Sequence record: SRR31156797_23686
Direction: 5' to 3' (one strand)
DNA: 34,408 bases
Below are positions 10,201 through 17,891 of the stretch, one piece after another (the stretch's first letter is position 1; every line of letters starts with the position of its first letter). The notes under the pieces were generated by a model. It did no database searches. It was not told the origin of the DNA and worked only from the letters and a program-made list of their open reading frames with translations. The position numbers and the translations under genes were made by a program.

Positions 10201-10720
10201 AAAGGACAGCGATGATAAGCTCTTTGATGGAGAAGAAGCAGAGATTGCTGGTATAGTTGAATCTCGTCAGATAAAATATACAAAGAAAAATGAAATGATG
10301 TGCTTTGCTACTATTGAAGATTTATACGGTTCAGTTGAAATAATAGTATTTCCCAGACAAATGAGAACATCAGGAGATTTTATTCAAAAGGATAATGTAG
10401 TATCTGTACGAGGTAAAGTGAATAATAAAGAGGGCGAAGATGCCAAGATTATAGCAGATAGGATATTGCCTTTAGCTATGAAGGCAGAGAAGAAGAAAAT
10501 TTACCTGAAAATTGATGAAAACGGCGGTCAAGACGCTATAAATGTTATAAAAAAAATTGCAGAAATCAACCGAGGTGATATACCAGTTTATATCTTTGAC
10601 AGCGTTAAGAATAAGAAATATCTTCTGGACAGTGCTTTATGGATAATGTGTGATGATGTACAGATATTTAAATTCAAAAATTTATTGGGTGAGGATAACG
10701 TAGTCATACACGAAGAATAG
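7277..10720 (+). CDS. dnaE: DNA polymerase III alpha subunit (DnaE type)
   Basis: PHP domain HLHVHTEYSLLDG, RGSGAGS, SMPDFDIDF, GLLKMDFLGL, YAFNKPHA, and a C-terminal OB fold. Confidence 0.98.
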   Translation: MKFTHLHVHTEYSLLDGASPIKNLIARVKELGMDSIAITDHGVMYGVVDFYKEALANNVKPIIGCEVYMSKNSLFEREGSRDREASHLVLLCKNNTGYQNLIKLVSIGFTQGFYYKPRIDYDTLEKYSEGLVCLSACLAGDIPRLLEAGQYESAKKLALRLNNMFGQGNFYLELQDHGILEQKQINKLLVNLADEINIPLVATNDCHYIAREDASAHDVLLCVQTQAQVDDSARMRFEGEEFYVKSPDEMEELFSWRKDAIENTQIIADMCNMEFDFNTRHLPNFDVPAKFGTDHFQYLYNLCLNGLKAKYNDITEELTQRLDYELGVISSMGFTDYFLIVWDFVRYAHEREIEVGCRGSGAGSLVSYCLGITEVDPIKYQLYFERFLNPERVSMPDFDIDFDDERRHEVIEYVNEKYGHDHVVQIITFGTMAARAVIRDVGRALGMGYGEVDRIAKMIPSELKITIDKALETNSDLKAVYDTDESVKQLIDYSKKLEGLPRHASTHAAGVVITKEPATNYVPLNRNGDIITTQFTMGTIEELGLLKMDFLGLRTLSVIQNTCQLAKESKGADIDVHTLEVDNKNVYELISKADTDGVFQLESAGMRNFLSRLKPDNFEEVVAAISLYRPGPMDYIPQYIAGKKNPDSVKYDHPILEKSLDVTYGCMVYQEQVMQIVRDVAGYSLGRSDLVRRAMSKKKHKVMEEEREYFIHGKVENGQVVIPGAIRNGVDEKSAMVIYERMMKFANYAFNKPHAACYALVAYRTAWLKIHYPVEFMAATMNSYLGSSTKIANYIRYCKKHDIDVLPPNVNSSGARFKVEGDNIRFGLAAIKNVGYAAVEQIQDERISGGRFVDFFDFCDRCSHFINKKMIESLIYAGAFDELGAYRSQLLFMSEGYIESVQKARRHNHKDQISIFEIVGGKEIPKPELPNLNEMDNREKLRKEKEMTGIYITGHPLSEYEDIISKYTINSTMFEKDSDDKLFDGEEAEIAGIVESRQIKYTKKNEMMCFATIEDLYGSVEIIVFPRQMRTSGDFIQKDNVVSVRGKVNNKEGEDAKIIADRILPLAMKAEKKKIYLKIDENGGQDAINVIKKIAEINRGDIPVYIFDSVKNKKYLLDSALWIMCDDVQIFKFKNLLGEDNVVIHEE

Positions 10721-10869
10721 CTAAATGAAGCTATAATTACCTTTAACGATAGATATTTTTACGTTACTATGCTATAATAATTCCGGTTATTTAAAAAGAA
10801 GAAACCGCTAAAATGCAATTTACATAATAGTAATTATTATGAGTAATATAAGTTTGAAAGGGGACCGAA

Positions 10870-11937
10870 ATGGCTAATGGAAAGAAAAAAAAGATAGGAG
10901 TTCTTACTTCTGGAGGTGACTCTCCTGGAATGAACACGACTGTATGGGCATCATATAGAGCAGCTTGTTCAATGGACATGGAAATTGTCGCAATAAGACA
11001 CGGATACAGGGGATTGTTTACTGAGGATATTGTGGAGTTGGATGAAACTCTGGCTGAATCAATGCTGAATATGGGCGGAACCAGAATCAGAACTTCAAGA
11101 TGTAAGGAAATGCGTACAATAGAAGGCAGAAAAAAAGCTGTAGAAGTTATAAAAAAACATGGTATTGATGGCCTAATAGTCTGCGGTGGTGACGGTTCAT
11201 TTGCAGGTGCAGAAAAGCTTTCAAATCTAGGCATTCAGACTATCGGACTTCCAGGAACAATAGACAACGACTTAGTATATACTGACTACACAATAGGCTT
11301 TGATACAGCTTGTAATACTATAGTTGAAAATATAATGAAGATTAGAGATACTATGCGTTCTCATAATCGTATAGGTATAGTTGAAGTTATGGGCAGATAC
11401 TGTGGTGACTTAGCTCTTCATGCAGGTATGGCTTCCGGAGCAGACTATGTATTGGTTCCTGAAATGGAGCATACATATGAAAAGAAATATGACATTGACA
11501 ATCTATTTGAACATATTAAGAAGACATGGATGAGCGGTAAGCATTACGGTATAGTAATAATTGCCGAAGGTGTTGATAAATACAATAAGAGAAGAGCCTA
11601 TGACCTAAGAATGGAACTGGAGAAGAAAATAAGAAATTATAATAATGACTTAAAGGACAAAGAAACAAATCCAGAAGGAATTATTGATACCGATGTTCGT
11701 GAAACTGTATTAGGTCACCTGCAAAGAGGTGGTACACCAACAGTTCAGGACAGGAGAATAGCATCAGAATCTGCTATCAAGGCAGTTGAACTTATAAAAG
11801 CAGGTATAACAAACAGAGTAGTTGGTATTCGTGAGAACAAGATTATTGATGTAGATATTGATGAAGCTCTGGCTATGAAGAGAGCATTTAATGAGACATT
11901 GTATCAACATGTTAACTCACTGTTGACTTCTAGATAA
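10870..11937 (+). CDS. pfkA: ATP-dependent 6-phosphofructokinase
   Basis: TSGGDSPGMN, GGDGS, PGTIDND, EVMGRYCG and LGHLQRGG are all intact. Gly at the positions equivalent to 104 and 124 indicates the ATP type. Confidence 0.95.
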   Translation: MANGKKKKIGVLTSGGDSPGMNTTVWASYRAACSMDMEIVAIRHGYRGLFTEDIVELDETLAESMLNMGGTRIRTSRCKEMRTIEGRKKAVEVIKKHGIDGLIVCGGDGSFAGAEKLSNLGIQTIGLPGTIDNDLVYTDYTIGFDTACNTIVENIMKIRDTMRSHNRIGIVEVMGRYCGDLALHAGMASGADYVLVPEMEHTYEKKYDIDNLFEHIKKTWMSGKHYGIVIIAEGVDKYNKRRAYDLRMELEKKIRNYNNDLKDKETNPEGIIDTDVRETVLGHLQRGGTPTVQDRRIASESAIKAVELIKAGITNRVVGIRENKIIDVDIDEALAMKRAFNETLYQHVNSLLTSR

Positions 11938-11963
11938 TAGTATTTGAATATTCGGAGGCAGAA

Positions 11964-13004
11964 GTGAAAATTGGTATAATTACATGTGGTAATGATGCTC
12001 CGGGAATGAATGCTGTTATCTGGGCAGCATATAGAGCAGCAACCGCAGCAGATATAGAATTAGTTGGTATAAGAAATGGATTTTTGGGTCTTTTGGATGG
12101 GGATATTATATCCTTTAATCAGAGCTACTTAGATAGAATGTTTTTGTCGGGTGGTTCATTGCTGGGAGCATCAAAAACAATAGTAGAAAAATCCGAAAAG
12201 CAGGTAAACAAAGCTAAGAGTACTCTAAAGAAAAACCATATTGATGGTCTTATTGTCTGCGGCGACAAGGATGCACTTAGCTGTATTGATTTACTATCTA
12301 ATAAGAATTTGAATATTGTAGGTATACCAGCGACTATTGACAACGACATTGCTTATACTGACAGTACGATAGGATTTGATACTGTATGCAATATAATTGT
12401 AGAGTCAGTAATGCGGTTAAGAGATACTATAATGTCACAGAAATGTATTGCAATAGTTGAAGTAGCAGGGGATACCTGTGGTGATATTGCTATGAATGTA
12501 GGAATGGCTTCAGGTACTGACTATATCTTAGTTCCTGAAATGCTTGATGATTATAAAAGCCCTTTTGATATTGATAATATGTTTGAATGTATTGCTGATG
12601 CATGGGAGAGAGGGAAACATTATATTATAATTGTAATTTCTGAGGGAGTTACTGCAGCGTATAAGGATATCGATATAAGGGAAGAATTGCTAAAAAAGGC
12701 AGATGAGTATAATAGTTGTAATAACTGCGGAAAATCATACGAAGATAAGATTTCCACGAAAATTGTGAGAATTCCTTTAGGATACCTGCAAAGAGGAGGA
12801 GAACCCAGCGTTCAGGATACAAAAGCAGCTATGGAAATGGCACTCACGGCTGTAAATCTCCTAGCCGAAGACAAAAGTGATATTTTAATAGGAATTAAAA
12901 AGAACGAGATTTTTTCTATTGATACTATTAGTGCACAAAAAGTAGTGAAAAGTTTCAACCGACAAATGTATGACAGGGTTAATTCAATATTAACATCCAG
13001 ATAA
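11964..13004 (+). CDS. Phosphofructokinase-family paralog with a degenerate active site
   Basis: GGAGG RBS and GTG start. Colinear with pfkA along its full length, but GGD>GND, GGDGS>GDKDA and MGR>AGD. TIDND and LQRGG are retained. Confidence 0.9.
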   Translation: MKIGIITCGNDAPGMNAVIWAAYRAATAADIELVGIRNGFLGLLDGDIISFNQSYLDRMFLSGGSLLGASKTIVEKSEKQVNKAKSTLKKNHIDGLIVCGDKDALSCIDLLSNKNLNIVGIPATIDNDIAYTDSTIGFDTVCNIIVESVMRLRDTIMSQKCIAIVEVAGDTCGDIAMNVGMASGTDYILVPEMLDDYKSPFDIDNMFECIADAWERGKHYIIIVISEGVTAAYKDIDIREELLKKADEYNSCNNCGKSYEDKISTKIVRIPLGYLQRGGEPSVQDTKAAMEMALTAVNLLAEDKSDILIGIKKNEIFSIDTISAQKVVKSFNRQMYDRVNSILTSR

Positions 13005-13024
13005 GTTTACAAAGATATTATTGT

Positions 13025-13060
13025 ATACTAGTTATCTTAATGGATAGCTAGTATTATTTT
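13025..13060 (+). terminator. Intrinsic terminator after the pfk pair
   Basis: Stem ATACTAGTTATC / GATAGCTAGTAT followed by TATTTT. Confidence 0.75.
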
Positions 13061-13122
13061 ATTTGTTTAATCAAACTGGTAATGATTTTCACTATATGTG
13101 AGGCTTTACTCTGCTATTGAAG

Positions 13123-13150
13123 TTGACAATACAGTAAATTGTCGTATAAT
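13123..13150 (+). promoter_or_regulatory. Consensus SigA promoter of the CotH-VTC operon with an overlapping inverted repeat
   Basis: TTGACA (13123-13128), 16 bp spacer, TATAAT (13145-13150). GACAAT-N7-ATTGTC lies at 13125-13143. Confidence 0.8.
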
Positions 13151-13224
13151 AATAAGATGTAACAACATAATTACGAAACATAACGATAAAAGTAAAAATA
13201 TCGTAACAAAATAAAGGTGAATCT

Positions 13225-16200
13225 ATGGTCAGAAGACATAATCCAAATAATCAGAAACAATCATATAATCAAAGAATGCTGCAGCATGAAAGTCCGGTAG
13301 AAGAGGTAAGGCGTGAGCGAAAGCTGCCATATGATTTGATAATAATATGTGTATTGGTAATCATTGCTTATTTAATATTTGAGCCTATGCTTAATAATCA
13401 GGAAGTTGCTACTCAAACTATGGAGAATAAATCCGGTGAAGTGGTAGTGGTAGATTTCCCAATAATAACAGAGGTAATGTCCTCTAATAAAAATGCTTAT
13501 CCTGCATCAGATGGTGAATACTATGACTGGGTAGAGATATATAATCCAACAGAAGTTTCTTTGAATCTATCTGGATTTTCTCTAACAGATAATATGAATC
13601 AACCTGCCAGATATATTTTCCCGAATTATACATTAGAGCCGGGTGAATTCTATATTGTGTTTTTATCTGGAGGAGCTATAGATGCAGATAATCATGGTGA
13701 TTTTAAGCTGTCTTCCAGTGGAGAAGAACTAATATTGTATGATGCTCACTCCAACCAATTAGACTATGTAAATATTCCTCACCTGCCGCCTAATGCATCA
13801 TATGCAAGAGAGATAGCTTTGCTTGAAGTATGGGAGGAGACAGAGCAGTATACTCCGGGATTCTACAATGATGAAACGGGCTGGGATGCTTTTAATAATA
13901 CAAGATTTGAGTACGGTCATCCAATTATGATAAATGAAGTTATGCCAAGTAATGTTATTACTCTGGCAGACTGTGATGAGGAATATGTTGACTGGGTAGA
14001 GATTACAAATACTTCTGAAGAAACAATGGTATTAACCGGCTACGCGCTTAGTGATAGTATTGAGTCCCCCAGAGATTGGATATTTCCATATTGTACTATT
14101 GAACCTGGAGAACTGTTGGTAGTCTACTTATCTGGGAAAGATAAGGTTGATGAAGATACTGGGCAGATACACACCGATTTTAAGCTTAATGCCTCCAGTG
14201 ATATGCTGGTGCTGAGCAATGTTGAAGGTAAGATAATCGATCAGTGGGTAATAGACGGTATGGAGGATGACAAATCCATGGGCAGAATGTATGGCTCACC
14301 AGATACTGTACAGGAATATTCCCACCCGACACCAGGATATGAAAATAGTGAAGACGGTTATATTGAGTTTCAGGCTGACGTAGGAGTAAAGAGCGATTCG
14401 AATATTGTTATTAGTGAAGTAATGATAGGTAATACAAATACGTTGGAAGACAATTACGGCGAAAGTCCAGACTGGATTGAGCTGCATAACGTATCCGAAG
14501 AAAGGCAAAATATTGGCGATTTGTATCTCTCTGACGATACTGGGTCGACAAAAAAATGGAAACTGCCAGACGATTTTTTTATAGAACCTGATGGATATAT
14601 GGTGGTGTATGCATCAGGTAAAGATGAAATAGTTGGAAATACACCACATACAAACTTTTCTCTGAGTTCTTTAGGAGAGACGGTAATTTTATCTAACTCA
14701 GAAGGGGAGATACTAGATAGCTGTGTCCTTGCACCAATGCCTTATGATGTTTCATACGGCAGAGCATCAGGCGAAAGCGTATTTCAATACATGTTGTACG
14801 CTACGCCGGGAGAAGCCAATGGTATAGGCTGGTCAGGATTTGCAGAGGATCCTATTCTCCAGCAAAAAGGCGGAATGTATGTTTCAGGGTCGGTAATATC
14901 TATTGATGTACCTACAGGTACAAAGGTTTACTATACTACCGACTGCTCAGAACCTACAGAGGCATCACAGCTGTATCAGGGACCAATACAGATAAACGAG
15001 ACAACTATTATTCGGGCGAAGGCATATGAGGACGGCAAATTGCCATCCAATACTATTGTTACAACTTACTTCGTAAATGTAGAGCATGATCTGCCAGTTG
15101 TAAGCATTAGTTCTGATCCGCTTAATTTGTTCTCTGACCACTCTGGTATTTATGCATTCGGAGATAGCTTTGATAAGGATGCATTACCCTTTGCAGGAGC
15201 TAACTTTAATGAAGACTGGGAAGTGGAAGCATATGTTGAGATGTATGATATTGACGGTACACAAACGCTAAATCAAGGTATTGGCTTGCGGATATTTGGA
15301 GCATTTTCAAGAGCTGAGATAAAGAAATCTTTTACATTGGTTGCCAGAAGTCAATATGGTGCATCGACACTGCAGTATCCGATATTCCCTGACTTGCCAT
15401 ATGAGGAATACAAATCTGTTATACTCAGAGATGGCGCTTCGGAATGGTATTCATCTATGATACGTGATTCACTGCTTACATCTTTGGTAACTAGTACGAC
15501 GGATTTGGATGTACAAGCTTATTATCCGGTTGTCGTATATCTAAATGGTGAGTACTGGGGAGTATATTTCTTCCGTGAGAAGCTCAATAAATATTATGTA
15601 GAGCAGCATTATGGTTATGATGCTGATAATATAGATATTATCTATGGTAACGGAACATCAAGTCGTCATGCAAGGGCGGGAGATAATAACAACTGGATGG
15701 AACTAAGAGAATATGTAAAGAGCCATGATTTATCTAAACAGGAGAACTATGATGTGGTTGCTGATTGGGTTGATATAGAAAATTATATGGACATGGTAAT
15801 AAACGAAATTTACTGCGGTAACTATGATACGGGTAATATAAAATGCTATAGATTACGGGAAGAAGGAGCTAAGTGGCGATGGTTCTACTATGACGTAGAC
15901 TGGGGATTTTTCTACACTACTAATGCCAATGCTCAGACGAACAATTTGGTGCAGTATTTAAATGTTGAAGGACATGGTTCAGGAGATGCATTTGAAACAT
16001 GGCTGATAATGGGATTGATGGATAATGAAAACTTTAAAAGAGCATTTATTGAAAGGTTCGCTTATCATATTCAATATACATATGACCCAGAGCATGTAAT
16101 TGAAAAAATCGATGAAATTTATGGCATATTGGATTCTGAGATGCCTCAGGACAGAGAACACTGGAATGATGAATGGCTTCAGATGCCAGCATGGTATAAA

Positions 16201-16359
16201 GCAAGAGCAGAACGCTATATGAGCTATGAATCATGGGCAGGAAGACAAAAATCCAGATTAGTTGACTTTGCTAATCAAAGACCAAAAGTAATGCAGAGTC
16301 AGTTAGTAGATTTCTTCGATATAGACGATGAGTGGGAAAGCGAATTGTTCCCAAGTTAG
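13225..16359 (+). CDS. Membrane-anchored protein with three lamin-tail (LTD) domains, an Fn3/chitobiase-like domain and a CotH kinase domain
   Basis: N-terminal TM helix; three repeats of I.EVM..N....D..G...DW[VI]E[IL].N ... TPG; VYYTTDCSEPT; CotH motifs VYLNGEYWGVY..REK and WRWFYYDVDWGF. Confidence 0.9.
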   Translation: MVRRHNPNNQKQSYNQRMLQHESPVEEVRRERKLPYDLIIICVLVIIAYLIFEPMLNNQEVATQTMENKSGEVVVVDFPIITEVMSSNKNAYPASDGEYYDWVEIYNPTEVSLNLSGFSLTDNMNQPARYIFPNYTLEPGEFYIVFLSGGAIDADNHGDFKLSSSGEELILYDAHSNQLDYVNIPHLPPNASYAREIALLEVWEETEQYTPGFYNDETGWDAFNNTRFEYGHPIMINEVMPSNVITLADCDEEYVDWVEITNTSEETMVLTGYALSDSIESPRDWIFPYCTIEPGELLVVYLSGKDKVDEDTGQIHTDFKLNASSDMLVLSNVEGKIIDQWVIDGMEDDKSMGRMYGSPDTVQEYSHPTPGYENSEDGYIEFQADVGVKSDSNIVISEVMIGNTNTLEDNYGESPDWIELHNVSEERQNIGDLYLSDDTGSTKKWKLPDDFFIEPDGYMVVYASGKDEIVGNTPHTNFSLSSLGETVILSNSEGEILDSCVLAPMPYDVSYGRASGESVFQYMLYATPGEANGIGWSGFAEDPILQQKGGMYVSGSVISIDVPTGTKVYYTTDCSEPTEASQLYQGPIQINETTIIRAKAYEDGKLPSNTIVTTYFVNVEHDLPVVSISSDPLNLFSDHSGIYAFGDSFDKDALPFAGANFNEDWEVEAYVEMYDIDGTQTLNQGIGLRIFGAFSRAEIKKSFTLVARSQYGASTLQYPIFPDLPYEEYKSVILRDGASEWYSSMIRDSLLTSLVTSTTDLDVQAYYPVVVYLNGEYWGVYFFREKLNKYYVEQHYGYDADNIDIIYGNGTSSRHARAGDNNNWMELREYVKSHDLSKQENYDVVADWVDIENYMDMVINEIYCGNYDTGNIKCYRLREEGAKWRWFYYDVDWGFFYTTNANAQTNNLVQYLNVEGHGSGDAFETWLIMGLMDNENFKRAFIERFAYHIQYTYDPEHVIEKIDEIYGILDSEMPQDREHWNDEWLQMPAWYKARAERYMSYESWAGRQKSRLVDFANQRPKVMQSQLVDFFDIDDEWESELFPS
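13459..14820 (+). repeat. Three tandem LTD domain repeats (protein level)
   Basis: Units begin PIITEVMSSN, PIMINEVMPSN and NIVISEVMIGN, and end YTPGFYN, PTPGYEN and ATPGEAN. Confidence 0.85.
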
Positions 16360-16371
16360 AAAGGCATAAAT

Positions 16372-17064
16372 ATGGCTAAGAACAAGCCTAAAATAAGACA
16401 CGAATTAAAGTATTATATATCTATGGGTGAATACCTGGTATTAAGGGACAGGCTAAAGGCTTTGATGCCTTTGGACAAATTTGCTGATCCTGATACCAGG
16501 AGCTATGACATCCGCTCATTGTATTTTGATGATATTTATAACACTGCAATGTGGGAGAAAATGGACGGGATTAAAAACCGTAAAAAGTGGAGGATCAGGC
16601 TTTATAATTTCAAGGATGATAAGATAAAGCTGGAAAAAAAGGCTAAGTATGATATGTTTACAGCCAAGGAATCCACAAATATATCAAAATTTCAGGTTCA
16701 GGATATTATGAATGGACACTATGACTTTCTCCTGACTGGTAATCAGCTTTTTCAGGAGATGTATGCGGATATTGTGACGAACAGGCTTCGCCCTATAGTT
16801 GTAGTTGATTATATTAGAGAAGCGTATACTTATCCTGCTGGTAATGTTCGCATTACCTTTGATAAGTACCTTCATTCGGGAAATTTCAGTATTGATATTT
16901 TTAAGAAATCTATGATGTCAGTACCAATATTGGACCCTGGGACATTGATACTGGAGATAAAATACGATACGCAGCTTCCGATGCATATAAGAAATACATT
17001 GAATTCATGTAATGGTTTCCGTTCGGCAATTTCAAAATATGGATTGTGTAGAAAGTACCATTGA
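16372..17064 (+). CDS. VTC (polyphosphate polymerase-like, CYTH/TTM fold) domain protein
   Basis: RHELKY, IRSLYFDD, RKKWRIRLY, LEKK, YIREAY, RITFD, ILEIKY, SKY. Confidence 0.92.
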   Translation: MAKNKPKIRHELKYYISMGEYLVLRDRLKALMPLDKFADPDTRSYDIRSLYFDDIYNTAMWEKMDGIKNRKKWRIRLYNFKDDKIKLEKKAKYDMFTAKESTNISKFQVQDIMNGHYDFLLTGNQLFQEMYADIVTNRLRPIVVVDYIREAYTYPAGNVRITFDKYLHSGNFSIDIFKKSMMSVPILDPGTLILEIKYDTQLPMHIRNTLNSCNGFRSAISKYGLCRKYH

Positions 17065-17089
17065 TTATTACAGATATTTGGTATATAAT
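17061..17089 (+). promoter_or_regulatory. Possible internal SigA promoter for the DUF4956 gene
   Basis: TTGATT, 17 bp spacer, TATAAT. Confidence 0.5.
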
Positions 17090-17142
17090 AAAATTTTGAA
17101 AATGGATTTATTATAAAATAGATACTAGAAAGGCTAGAAAAG

Positions 17143-17814
17143 ATGGGATTATTTAAGGACAGTGTTTTAGAACAATTTACTACAAGCGGCAGCTTGGATG
17201 CATTGTCAGTAGCACTTGCAATAATTATAGCATTTGTTTTGGGAATGTGGATATTTATTATATATAAGAGAACCTTTAACGGAGTGCTCTACAACAGGAA
17301 CTTTAACATGTCACTTGTGCTGCTGGCATTAGTATCGACAATGGTTATGAAGACAGTTACTTCTAACCTTGCTCTTTCTCTGGGTATGGTTGGTGCTTTG
17401 TCTATCGTACGTTTTCGTACAGCTGTAAAAGACCCTATGGATACGGTCTATATGTTTTGGGCTGTAGCGGTTGGTATTACTGTAGGTTCAGGATTCTATT
17501 GGGTTGCTGGTATAGGATGCGCAGTAATAGGTGTGCTGATATATATAATGAGTATGATGGGTGGTGCAGGTACATATGCATATTTGCTAATTGTTCGTCA
17601 TGATTTTGAGAGCTCAAACGAAGTTAATTATGCGCTTCGTAAACTTCCCAAAGGTACTCGCATGAAATCAAAAACAGTTTCTGCTAGCGGTGTAGAGGTA
17701 ACTATGGAGGTTAGACTTGCAGGAGGTAATTCTCAAGTTGTTAACGAACTGCTTCGCATACAAGGCGTTTATGATGCTACATTAGTCAGCTATCAGGGAG
17801 ACTATGCGTCATAG
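17143..17814 (+). CDS. DUF4956 family membrane protein
   Basis: Signature SNLALSLGMVGALSIVRFRTAVKDPMD..YMFWA. N-terminal TM bundle plus a soluble C-terminal domain. Adjacent to the VTC gene. Confidence 0.92.
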   Translation: MGLFKDSVLEQFTTSGSLDALSVALAIIIAFVLGMWIFIIYKRTFNGVLYNRNFNMSLVLLALVSTMVMKTVTSNLALSLGMVGALSIVRFRTAVKDPMDTVYMFWAVAVGITVGSGFYWVAGIGCAVIGVLIYIMSMMGGAGTYAYLLIVRHDFESSNEVNYALRKLPKGTRMKSKTVSASGVEVTMEVRLAGGNSQVVNELLRIQGVYDATLVSYQGDYAS

Positions 17815-17840
17815 ACTAATTGATATTTGAAATTGATAAG

Positions 17841-17872
17841 AAAAACTGCCTGTATATCAGACAGTTTTTTTA
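17841..17872. terminator. Bidirectional intrinsic terminator
   Basis: AAAAACTGCCTG-TATAT-CAGACAGTTTTTTT between convergent genes. Confidence 0.85.
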
Positions 17873-17891
17873 TTTTTGTTGAATATTCATC

